Assembly: GCF_006345805.1 (NCBI RefSeq)
Contig: NC_043001.1
Coordinates: forward strand, 35,278,001 to 35,342,000
Origin: Octopus sinensis
Taxonomy: Eukaryota
Direction: 5' to 3'
Length of the DNA: 64,000 nt
Positions within the stretch are counted from its first letter, which is position 1. Each line of letters starts with the position of its first letter. This document shows, piece by piece, positions 51,987 to 64,000 of the stretch. A program made the translations under genes and the position numbers. The notes under the pieces are model-generated. The model was not told where the DNA came from, searched no databases, and saw only the letters and a program-made list of their open reading frames with translations.

Positions 51987-53701
51987 ATAGCTACCGAATA
52001 GTTGTCACATATTACATTTACAGATAAATTCCTCTATTTACACAATATCGAGGTCTCTTTCATTCTTCTTTTGTCTTACCATTTTTATCAATTTATATAT
52101 ATATATATTATATATATATTATATATAATATATATATATATATACATACATACATGCACTTGCATGTATAAGTAAAGATTTGCATACACATAATACATGC
52201 AGAAACACATTTATTCTATGTATATATATGCACCAAATTTTTTAAATATGTATCTCTATGCATTAATAGATATTCACATATTTGACCCACCTCTCTTTTT
52301 CATACAAATGAATATTCCTGCATCCCCGCAATTTCTGTAAATTATTTTTGTTTTGTAACAAGTTCTATAGTGTGAATGAATGGCCCTGATGGCAATAATA
52401 ATGTTGCTGTTGTTGTTGCTGCTGTTGCTGCTGCTGCTGCTATCATCGTCACTGTCATCATCATCATCATCATCATCATCACCATCATCCTCATCATCAT
52501 GAAACATCATCATCATCATTATCGACATATTTTCATCATTCTTAATTACAAGCCACCAGGCTATCTAGGAATGGGGACCTGCATGCATTCAGTTCGATTT
52601 CCATGCATGAGTGGTCTAATAAATATACTTTCTTACAAATGTTTACGTGTTTTCTTTTTTTTTACAAAACATTCATGCGTAAAATGTATAATTTAATAAT
52701 CTATTCAAAGTACCAATGAATGTGGAAAGTGATGAAATTAGAGGAGAAGAGGCGCAGGAGAGAGGGTGAAAATTAGGAAAAAAAAGAAAATGAGAGCTAC
52801 ATAGAAAGAGTATAGACACTGAGTGAGAAAGGGACAAAAATGTAACCGAAATATATACAATGATAAAAAGATTGAGAGACAGGTGAGTGAATAATGACAG
52901 TGATTATATACAATAGACGCTGGATATATAATTTAAAAAATAACGGAAGGAAGCGTTATGAAAACCATTCTTCAGGGACTGACAAAAGAAAAAAATATGG
53001 TGGAATGCGGAGGTATATTATAAATGATGTTATTCAACTTCATTTCCTGTTCTGTAGAGAGGAAACTGGCAAGCTGGTAAGAATTGTGAGCTGTTGAGTT
53101 GATGACTAAATATTGACAGTCTTACAATAGCAATAAGAATATTCACAATATTCATATATGTATGAATGCATGTATGTATGCATTTATATGAGTGTTTGTC
53201 CTTATGTGAAGTATGAGTTGGTGAGTAGTTCATAAATATATTTAGTCATGTGTGTTTATGAATTTGTATACATACATACTTACATATATGTATATATACA
53301 CACCCATATATATGGACATATGTACTTGTATACATAATCGTAAGAAAAATTAAAAAATCAAAATTTCAAAATATTTCTAGTTAAAGTAAACAACTATTTC
53401 CATTCAGTCCAAATAAGTTGAAGAACTAAGGGTCTCGAATGTAAATTGTCCTGTCATAGTTTCACATGAAGTCTCGGCGTGCTTCGTGGGCCTTTTGAGT
53501 CTTCACAGCAGTCTATAAAGTCAACATCGCAAAGCATCAGATTCATTTACACTGTTTTTGTATTATTGTTGTACAGGTATTAACACAACAATGCAAAAAG
53601 AAAAAAAAAGAAAAACAGCAAAAAATTCTGATGTTTTGCAATATTGACATTATAGAATGTAGAGAATTTTTTTATAAGTACTATGAAGCGTTACGAGGTC
53701 T

Positions 53702-53920
53702 GATGTGGTGAGCTGGTAGAATCGTTTGCAAGCCGGACAAAATGCTTAGCAACATTTATTCCGGCTTTACATTCTGGGTTCAAATTCCCCTTTTACTATC
53801 CACCGACTTTACCTTTCATTTTTCGGGATCGATGAAATAAATATCAGTTGAGCACTGGAGTCGATGTAATCGACTAGCACCGTCTCACAAAATTCCAAAC
53901 CTCGTGCTTATAGTAGAAAA
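53702..53920 (+). mobile_element. Old diverged SINE type A, tail 2
   Basis: GAGCTGGTAGAATCGTT...GGTTCAAATTCC...GACTTTACCTTTCAT...GTCGATGTAATCGACT. Confidence 0.7.
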
Positions 53921-55169
53921 ACTCATTCAGCCTTAAATCAGCTTTTTCGAGCAGGTATATTTTGAAAGGTTTCTAATTGTGGTCTTCAAGCTTTTAGATT
54001 TAGGCGAGGACTGATTATTTTTGTTAAAACACTGATAGCATCTCTGCGGAATTATTCTTATTGCTATTTCTCTCGTTCTGTTAGCAACTGAATTCCCAGT
54101 CTAGCCACTCCAAGATTCTGGTAAATATTTACAATTGTGATACCTCCTCTCAGAATTCGGGTTTTGCCTAACTACGCTTCCATAGATCGCAGAGCAGGGT
54201 TGAAGTCCACTCCTGGGCACATGGTCTGGACCCCTTTCTTGCTCTGCTGGCTTAGCATAACTCAGTCTTAGCTGGATTCATCTTCAGGCTCATTGCATAG
54301 TGGTGAACCAATGAGACACAGTCGAAGCATATATTCATGATAGAAATGACGGGATGATTCTTGATTCATTTGCTTATTGTGCTGGAAAAGAAGTAAACAA
54401 CCCAAAGCTAACATAATTCATGTTGTCGAAAGAAACCAGAAAGAGGTGGATTTCAAACCGCACTTAATATTAGAAGTGGGTGATTAAAATAGACAATGGG
54501 TGCATTGTTCCATACCTTTCTGTTCTTTAAAAATTATGTAACGATAAGTATAATATAAAGTTTTGTAATTCGGTGAAATATATAGTGAAGATTTGCAAAT
54601 TCCTCAACGAAAGCTTTGCTGCTACAAAACTTCAGAGCTTGGGTAAGTTCATATCAGCTGGTATATAAATCATTAGCAATGAGGTTTTCTGGAAATATTC
54701 CAAAGATATCAAGTCACTCAGAAGTCTACTGATTGTCATGACAATAATAAACAAACAAAAATTTGTTTTTTTTTCCGAAAGAATTGCAATGTATTAAACT
54801 CTAAATCAAAAGGATGCCACAAAGATATGTTATATTAAATAATTTCCTCGTTGATATACGTACTGAAACGATTCTCTGTCATCGTGTTATTTTATATTAC
54901 TCCTCGAATAGGAAGATGTAGAGACACTAAGGAAGCATGACCTTCGCGTTTAAAGCTACAGAGGTATTAGATTTTATTATCCTTTGGGAAGACTATGCAG
55001 TTTGTCCTTATTAGGATGCTTTAGGACGAAGTAAATATGGCCATCTTCGAACATTGGATAGTCATGCTTGTGTTACAGAAAGAGAAGCATGTTTCAAGCG
55101 ACACCTATGAGACAATATGGTTAGTGGATAGCAAAAGTAATAAAGACATTTGTTTTGCAATGAGCATCA

Positions 55170-55810
55170 TAAGTTTGAAACTTGGTGTTCTTATTGTTCC
55201 TAAAAGAAGCACTAAGTCTTCAAACAACTGACGTCACATCTACTGGAAGCAGAAATTCTAATATGACTGTACATATGGTGACCATGTGCTTATTTCAAGA
55301 ATCCCAACTATTCCACATTGTTTAGAAGTCAGCAGATCCCAGTCTATATATTTTCTTACACATGCCTCAACAAATCGCAGAGACGAAACTTAAAGAGCAC
55401 TGAATTACAACTGGAAGATTGCAATTTTCCCTATGGTCACACGTATGTCCTTGGTTCTCGTTTCAGAGACGAAACTATATATTTTGTCAAAGAAAAAAAC
55501 AGAACATTGTTTAAAAAGACATTTTACTGAAATACAAAGGATTTTCTCTTGTTAATCCATATTATTTAAAAGTTAGCAGATCCCAGACCATATACTTTCT
55601 TATACATGCCTCAACAAATCACAGAGGCGAAATTTAAAGAGCATTGAATTACAACTGGAAGATTGCAATTTTCACATGGTCATACGTATGTCCCTGGTTC
55701 TCGTTTCAGAGACGAAACTATATATTTTGTCAAAGAAAAAAACGGAACATTGTTTAAAAAGACATTTTACTGAAATATAAATAATTTTCTCTCGTTAATT
55801 CATTAAATAG
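55170..55810 (+). mobile_element. Decayed Helitron-type Pif1 helicase C-terminus, last ~244 bp tandemly duplicated
   Basis: GDHVLISRIPTIP, FRSQQIPVYIFSYTCLNKSQ and LQLEDCNFPYGHTYVLGSR align by eye to Helitron IPRIPLIP, FKRxQFPVxxAFAMTINKSQG and LExxCFSHGQLYVAxSR. Units start at 55321 and 55565. Confidence 0.75.
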
Positions 55811-56350
55811 TTTATACTGTGATACTTTACTTCAGGTAACTCTGTCTTTTGCGGCTAGTATCTCTCCCTCCATCTGTCTGTCTGTCTGTCTCTCTCTCTC
55901 TCATTGCTTATACATATATACTCATGCATCATGTATATGTGTGTGCGCATATTCGTATGGATTTATATGTATATCAGAAGATCATTCGGGAATTATAGTG
56001 AGTGATAATGGCACATCAAGTTGAAGTAACAATTGCAATGATAATGGTGATGGGCGTTGCTGTTGTTGCTAGAGTTGTTGTTGTTGGTGGTGGCGATTGT
56101 GTAGTTCGTGGTAGACGTGGTATAATATAATATTCTCTCAAGTATCAGCAGCAGTAGTAACTCTATAGGAGGGAATTTAATACATTGAAGAAACACCCAT
56201 ATAGCCACATGATATTTCGCTTATTGTTCACTCTTCTTCGGATTTTGAAAAAAAAAAAGTTAATAACAGGCATTGATATCAGAGTTATTGCATTGCCTCG
56301 TTCACCTATGATCTCCGACACTTTCATCGCTATCAATAAAATTAAACGAA

Positions 56351-56396
<46 letters not shown>

Positions 56397-56584
56397 TGAA
56401 TATATAAAAATTAATGAATAACTACATAAAAATTATTCAGGATAATATGAGGTATATTCGAGGATATTGGAAATCCGGGTCGACAACCCACAGTATTAAC
56501 ACGTCAGGTATTGCAGAACAATGAAAGAAAGATGAAGTGATGAGAGAACGGTGAAGATGAAGCTGTCGCTGGGGATGATACGAA

Positions 56585-56919
56585 GTAGATGATGATGGCG
56601 GCGGTGGAAATGATGAGGGTGATGACGATGATGACGATGATGATGATGATGATAACGATGACAATGATGATGATGATAATGATGACGACGATGATGATGA
56701 TATTGATGACGATGATGATGATGATTACGATTATGATGATGATAATGATAATGATGATGATGATACGATGACGATTATGATGATGACAGTTATGGCGGTA
56801 GACGAGAATTATTTTGGTGCTTCATCGACAGGAATATGCTTCATCATCATAATCATCATTATGATCCTAATCATCATCATCGTTGTTATCATTATTATTA
56901 TTACTATTATTATTATTAA

Positions 56920-56996
<77 letters not shown>

Positions 56997-57149
56997 TAAT
57001 AATAATAATACAGGTGAATAACAAGAGATGTTTTGAAAAAATCTTCTTCAAAACCATTCTTAACATTCACATCAAAAAGTGTCAATAAAAACAACAGCTA
57101 CAGTTGCATAAGAAAATAATAAATAATAATAATAATATTAACAATAATG

Positions 57150-57213
<64 letters not shown>

Positions 57214-57445
57214 TAATAATAATAATAATAATAGCAATAACAACAACAACTACTACTACTACTACTGCTACTACTACTACCACCACTACTATAGCAACTA
57301 CAACTACAACAACAACAATAATAACAATATTAATAAAAATGATGATGATGATGATAATAATAACAGCAAAAACAACAACAACAACAACAACAACAATAAT
57401 AATAATAATAATAATATTAATAATGATGATGATGATGATAATAAT
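56585..57445. repeat. Compound (GAT)n/(ATT)n/(AAT)n/(ACT)n/(ACA)n tracts
   Basis: Direct reading. Confidence 0.93.
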
Positions 57446-60400
57446 GTCAGCAATTGTTCTCGCAGTAATCACATCCATAAAGTAACGGGAATAAATATGA
57501 TATACTAGGAAAGAAAAGGAGAAAAACCAATGCCAACAATCACAACAGCAACAACAATTTCAGTAGAAAGAACTCGAATATTTTTTTGGGTTTTTCTACA
57601 TAGTTTGTGTTAATAATGTAACAATATCTTAAGAAATAACAATGGAAAGAACAATTATAAATAAAAAAAAATTATATTATAGTAAAACGTACATAAACAA
57701 CTTTAGTCAAAACAAATATAAATTCTGGTATTAGAAAAGAAGGAATATATATTATACAAAAAGGATAGCATGATGCCAGGAATAGGACAGTCGAAATGAA
57801 GAATCTGACAATGGCTGGTGTTTGATTTTTGTTTTTTTTAATTATTTTTAGGCCAAAACACCTACTACTGTAGCTCCAGCAGAGGTCTCATGAACAGCCA
57901 CAGCAATAATAGAAGGAATGGTAGGCGACAACGGCGACAACTAGTGGGGCAAAAACTTCTATAAACATCAATAATATCGATTGAAACAATCTGATTTAAA
58001 ACATCAGCAAGAGAAATCAGACACCATAGCTACAACAATAACAACAGCAACAACAAAACAGCAGCTGCAAGAACAATGACAATTGTAGCAATAAGAAAAG
58101 AAAAAAATGTCAACACCAATAGTAACAAAAAAAAATAGTAACAGCAGCAGCAATAACAGGAATCACATTGACGATGATGATGACGAAGAGAATAACAACA
58201 GCAAAAAACAACAACAACAACGTTATTAAGAAGCAGGAATATCAACAACAACAGTTAGAACGATCGCATCAATGACAACAACGCCAACAAACATAGCGAT
58301 TAGCAAAAATAACAATAAGAATAACAACAAGAATTGCAATAATGGTTAAGATGACGACGATGGCGATGACGACAACAATGAGGAAAATGCCTGCTATAGT
58401 AAAAAGAAAAATATAAGAAAATATAACAATAATTATTTTCTTTTCTCAATGAAAACAACCCATCGATTGGATGACATCTCTAATGTAATATATCAACTTT
58501 GACCTCTGACTTATGACATCTGATATATAAGTGAACATACAAATATTAGTTCGTGAAAGATTGATGACAGCGAAATATAAGGAAATTAAATTAGCTCTTC
58601 TTCCCTTTTATAGCAAAGAGAAAATTATTGACAAAATAATCCATTTATTATGCGTTTCTGTTCCGATTAGAACGAAAGTTATATGAGAATTCCTGCGTAG
58701 GAAGAAGCTTCCGTAGAATTTTATATTAGCCAGTTTTTCACAATAAACCTGAGTAGAGTTACATTGTAGGACAGTTTTAGATATTTCATCCATTCATGTA
58801 AAAGTTTTTTGCTTCTACAATGAAGCTTAGTGCTGTCTACTTGATTTATTATTATTTATTATTAGTATATTTTTATAAGTTAGTCACGAGAGAAGGACAA
58901 GCGCTTGTGACCCATGACGGTCTTCTCAAGCCGATGAGATTGCTGCAGCTGAAGTTCAGTTTGAATATATAAAGAGAAACTAAAGCAGCGAGCAGGGTTG
59001 TGAAGAGAATTGTAGGGGGGGGGGTTGTTTCTGCTGAGTATTAGGGAATCCCAGTAAGAATTATGTGGAAAGGGCGAGATAAGACCGGAGTCATTTCTTT
59101 TTTTACCTGTTAGTCAGTAGAGACGCATGTTGCCCATGTCTTATGCAAGTTAATCGACGGTAGTAGGGAAGCAGGAAGAAGGTAACAGCAAACAGTAGAT
59201 CTGTTCCGAACGCTTGTAACAAAGTGGACTCAGCAAAATGCATCAAGGACCAGATGTTAGTATTCAAACGGATGATTGATTAAATCTGCCATGTGAGCTA
59301 GAAGGTTGAAGAGTGTTAGTCTATGAATGATTACCGACAAGTCAAACAGCGTCAGTTACGATCTATAGCAATTTCAGCAGGGTTCCCTGTCCTATTTATG
59401 TAAAGTGAAGCGTCAGAAAATGATCAAATCTGAAGAATATGCTACCTGAAAGTGCTAGTGTTTGTGATACCGTTTGAGCAATATTATACATGTTCTTGTG
59501 AGGCCTAGCGTGTGTAGCAACTATTATACTTTGCAATTGTAATTTATCAATGGTGAAGGAGACTCATGTGCAAGATTTTTTTTCCTTTAACGTGTGCAAT
59601 GATTGTGTTTCCGTTTTGTTGAAAGTGTTAAATTCGCCATGCCTTCCATCTCATTACATAATATTCACCAGGTCATCGTTCATATTATCCCAACAGTTCG
59701 CATGTGCGGTACGAACTGTTGAGATTGCATATTATTGTTACCTGGGAGTTGAGGTTTACGGAAATTGTGAAAAGGGTTATAATCAGACGACACCTTTATT
59801 TACAAAGTGATTTATTACGTAACTTAAGCGTTAGAGCATTGTACATGATGTACGGTTCAGAGAAAGCAAGTTCAGCATACATTGTAATGGTGCAGTTTGA
59901 CGAAGGATCTTCTATCCAAGTACTCAGAAATATTATTAGTTCTAGGAAGCAACTTTCTTCGGAGTTTCTCGCAGCAGACACACAATTCTCTTGTTTTTGG
60001 CAACAGTGAGAAAATTACTAATGTTGAAGTACTCAAAAATGAAAATTACAGAGCGACATTTGAGCGCATGCATTCGGTACATATTGGTCTTTCAAAATGG
60101 TACCGTTGGCTACTGAGAAGGAGGAGTTATTTATAGAGCCGAGATACTAGAATCATGAGACTATCAGCATAAATGCCTTTTACACACTGTCACCATTCTC
60201 TAACCGTTGTCACGCCCCTTCCACTCGAGAAATCGCGAACCTTAGTCCCTCCGTTTAACCACTCCTAATGTGACAATCAACCAGTCTCCGCACTAACCAT
60301 CGTACATAATTTCAGCTCCTATATTTTATTTCTTGCAAACATCAGCATCGATCACAGTAATCAGTAAAGGCCATACAAGATCCTTAAAAAGGCAGACAAG

Positions 60401-62445
60401 ATTCTTAAAATAAATATCAAAATCATAAACATACCAAAACAAATTATATAAATAAACATGAAATATGCAAACAAAATTATTTTTCTGTATTTTTGTTAAA
60501 CCACAGATTAACCAATAACTCGGACAGAAATTATGAAAGCTATTTCAACCGCCGTCATCACTTATATATAGTACTTAATTGTTTAAAGACTTCTCTTTTG
60601 TTAAGAAGGTAGGATGAAATTTGAGTAAGTCGAGTGACTCTGTTGATATTTTATCATTGACACGTACAAAAATATTAAGATGTAAAATATCGTAAAATAG
60701 GTAGTACTTTATATTATCTATAGCCTTTGGAAAACTCCTATAATTTTGAACACAAAATAACTTTATTATCTATGATTTTTGGAAAAAATCATGATATTGA
60801 ACACTAACTAAAAGCGCCAGTGTAGACTAAAAGCTTCAGTTATACTACAGCACTATGTTAACCCAAAGTTATTGTAAATCATTAATGAATGTAATTGGCA
60901 TAAAATATTTGCAGCACGGCAGCAAATATAAATGCGTAGAAATTGATTTCTTCCTTTTTTCTTCATGAAGATAATCAATTTTACCTCCCTTGCCACTATA
61001 TAAGTCCAATGGTCCAATGTACTTTTACAAGATGTTCTTTATTATAGTAGTTCCTTTGAATATTGAAGAGGAAAATATTATGATTCTATATAACAGTGAA
61101 CTTCAATGAAAAGAAAGACTTCATCTATGGCAGGCATAAAAAGAGACCCATTATAGTTTCACAGAAGTTATTTATGTAGTTACAAAATAAACGGATTTAT
61201 ATTTCATAAATTAAATAGAAATTAGCATAAATCTAAATACATCAAAAATAACAAATATTAGTGTAGACAACAACACATATGATATTCTAATTTACACAAA
61301 AACACCTAATTGTTGAAGTCATTTTAATTCAAACCACAAGAATCTACTTTGATTTGCATATTAATTACTCTTCTTTATTGTGAAAACATAACGTAAACTT
61401 CATTCAAATCGATTACTTTTCTACTAAAGACGAATAAAACAAATTAACAACTCTTTAGATTCTGCCAACTCGGTAGAGAAAAATAGCCATTAAAAACAAA
61501 TGGACAAATGTAAATGTCTATTATGGAAATAACGACAACAACACTATTAATAATAATAACGATTGACAAAATCAAGAGAATTTCTCATATTGATCGGTGA
61601 CTATGTTAAATATTCAGATATTCCTCTTTCATTACTGGCGCTATTCTATAAAGGGAGACAATTTATTGACAATATAGAATCCATTTTAGCTAGTGATAAA
61701 ATAGATACGTTAAGACATAGAAATTTGGCATTTTATTCTGGAGTCTACTGGGCTTAACGGATAATTAGACGATTTCAAGAGCCAAGAAGGAATTCACAAT
61801 ATTTTGTTAAGAGATGTTTAAATTCTTGTATATAACACTATTTATTAACTCAAACAGGAAGTTAAAGTATGAATTAATTAGGTTAATACGAAGTAAATTA
61901 TCTACATTTGTATTGTTCACAAGATATTACCATATACTGCATTATACTTTCTTTTTCTTGTACCATACGCACTCAGTTGCGTAATTTCTACGTTTTACAG
62001 ATGCAGCCAAAAAATAGTACATTGCCGTCGAATATTTTAGAAGTAGCAGCTCACTGCTGAACCAAACCTTACTATTCCATGAGAAAGACGAAGGACACTT
62101 TGGAACAATGAAGTAAGGAGATATACTTGCTATACGTGAAAAAATACAACGGCCGGACTAGAAAGTTTTTAATCATACGTCTTCTCGGCCAAGGGGTAAA
62201 CGACGAGAATACTCATCATGAATCTTACTGTTTGTACATCCTAACATTAACACACACATACACATAGATATATACACACATAATATATATCTAATGTTTT
62301 GCCAGTTCGTGGACAGGCTGCTATTTATAAGCGTAAGAGAACATATTCTCGTCGATACGCCTGGTTTTAAAATACCTGAAATTCATAGACAAATGAGATA
62401 ACTCACGTCAGGTCAGGTCCCGTTACAGGAGCGGTAGGCATTAAT

Positions 62446-62532
<87 letters not shown>

Positions 62533-63037
62533 CTGTGTTTGTGTGGACGTGTGTGTATGCATGTACTTTTAACAATCAAAATCTAGAAATGAAACACCAA
62601 CTGAGGCAACCATATTTTTTCACGCAATTAAGTCATATAGAATAACCTCTTTCTTTAGGTCTTTAGTCTTTCAGAGTTTTATTTGCCGAAATAATTAGGT
62701 AATTAAATGCTTTCGTGCATTTGGTGAAACTGAAAGGGGAATAGATCAGTTACCTGTTCTAGTGTGCTATCGTTTGTTTTCAAATAGCATTATCGTCGTC
62801 TGAAGAAGAATAATGATAGGAAAGGAGGAAAATTGAGAGAAAATCGGGGGGGGAAGAAATTTAGGGATGAAAGACGAATCAGCTGAGACGGAAGGGTGGC
62901 AAATAGAAAGAGTGGACGCTAAAGAATTTTGATAAAAGAAAATTAGTTATCTTAAGGTAACAAGGTAGAATATAATACATAATATTATAGAATATAATAG
63001 AATATAATACATAATATAATACATAATATTACAAAAT

Positions 63038-63236
63038 AGGCGGCGAGCTGGCAGAAACGTTAGCGCGCCGGGCGAAATGCTTAGCTGTATTTCGTCTGTC
63101 GTTACGTTCTGAGTTCAAATTCCGCCGGGGTCGACTTTGCCTTTCATCCTCTCGGGGTCGATATAATCGACTTAATCCATTTGTCTGTCCTTGTTTGTCC
63201 CCTCTATGTTTAGCCCCTTGTGGGCAATAAAGAAAT
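63038..63236 (+). mobile_element. SINE type A, tail 1, with internal deletion
   Basis: Full head; the segment between the two GGGGTCGAT repeats is lost; flanked by ATATAATACATAAT. Confidence 0.88.
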
Positions 63237-63559
63237 ATATAATACATAATGTTAGAGCAAATCAGTTCAGGTAATGTAGGCCTTTTATGTATGTATATAT
63301 GTGGTCTGATCAATTATTATTCGGACTGTTACCAGAGTAACGAAGCTAAGGCACGCAGAGTGAAGACCCTTGGCACAGATTGATCTTGAACTCTGCTGTG
63401 TATGCGCACTAAGTTTTAACGTTCTAGTTCACGTCTTTTGTTTATAGCAGTGCTTGGGAGGAAGATGTGTAGCATGTGATCGTTGCATTGATAATGACAG
63501 AGAAAGTTGAGCAGAGAATCTCCACCGAATGTTGATAAAAGCTTGGCAATACCTGCTCA

Positions 63560-63930
63560 GAGACCTACGCAAAGTTTTCAAAACATTTTCAGCATTCTCG
63601 GCACATTTAAGGAGGTCTTGTGCCACTGAAACAGCTCAAAGCAGTTTTGGTACAAACTTGGCAGACACAAGTGTCATACCCAAGTCTTTAGTGGTAATGG
63701 ACTGAACTGAACCGTAACTAATTTGCACATCCTCTAATAACACACAGGTAGGGATTCGATGATTTTTTCTCGAAGCTGCACGCACATTTGCGATGTTTTT
63801 CTCATCTTTGCTGGTTGCCGGTCTCACAGAACGTTCATCAATATCAATATCTTTTCGGCCATTTTTGAAACGTCTGAAACACTTATACACTTGTGTTAGC
63901 TCATAAACTCCTCTCCATACACTTTCTGCA
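63560..63930 (-). mobile_element. Mariner-like transposase N-terminal fragment
   Basis: VYKCFRRFKNGRKDIDIDERSVRPATS...QISYGSVQSITTKDLGMTLVSAKFVPKLL: HTH region and WVPxEL-equivalent linker. Confidence 0.8.
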
Positions 63931-64000
63931 ACATTGTATAAGCCTCTAAGCAGGCAGCACCGTAACAACTTTCTCTGTCATGGTCAACGTGACGATCACA

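Larger units (their letters stand above)
51799..52090. mobile_element. 228-bp palindrome plus unique tail, putative inverted Penelope-like pLTR pair
   Basis: Arms 51799-51900 and 51923-52026 with a 22-nt spacer; the tail 52027-52090 is shared with 35501-35568. Confidence 0.8.

Noticed and set aside
54240-54330. Minus-strand SLKMNPAKTEL as an L2/CR1 RT remnant
   Set aside because: A single short motif with no flanking support visible by eye.
59423-59465. CUGAAGA...GAAA as a hammerhead
   Set aside because: No helix II, and U16.1 is absent in the required register.
59704-60009. 101-aa ORF with LYMMYGSE resembling RTE LYGSE
   Set aside because: Similarity is limited to a few residues; cannot be distinguished from chance.

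Overview
AT-rich eukaryotic, repeat-dominated DNA. The SINE families and dense (TA)n/(CA)n/(GATA)n/(GAA)n microsatellites point to a cephalopod, most likely Octopus (inference). No host protein-coding exon, rRNA, true tRNA gene or CRISPR array is supported, and nearly all ORF-track entries are translations of simple repeats. Recognisable content: many tRNA-derived SINEs of at least 4 modular types, including head-to-tail multimers with a fixed junction; a 5'-truncated RTE LINE with a 23-bp TSD; a CR1/L2-type LINE 3' end whose terminal stem-loop is shared, with compensatory changes, with one SINE family; a ~1.2-kb Tc1 element with DD36E spacing; maT-like and mariner fragments; and a decayed Helitron/Pif1 helicase with a tandem 244-bp duplication. 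The main hidden signal is a set of minimal type-I hammerhead ribozyme (HHR) motifs from four unrelated sequence families: 7096-7140; 48802-48853 with 48880-48931; 50651-50701 with 51624-51674; 51837-51897 with 51926-51986. Three families occur as sense/antisense pairs inside long palindromes, the architecture known for Penelope-like element pLTRs. Two independent families carry a non-canonical CCGAUGA (U4C) core. All folds were made by eye; no folding software or database search was run.
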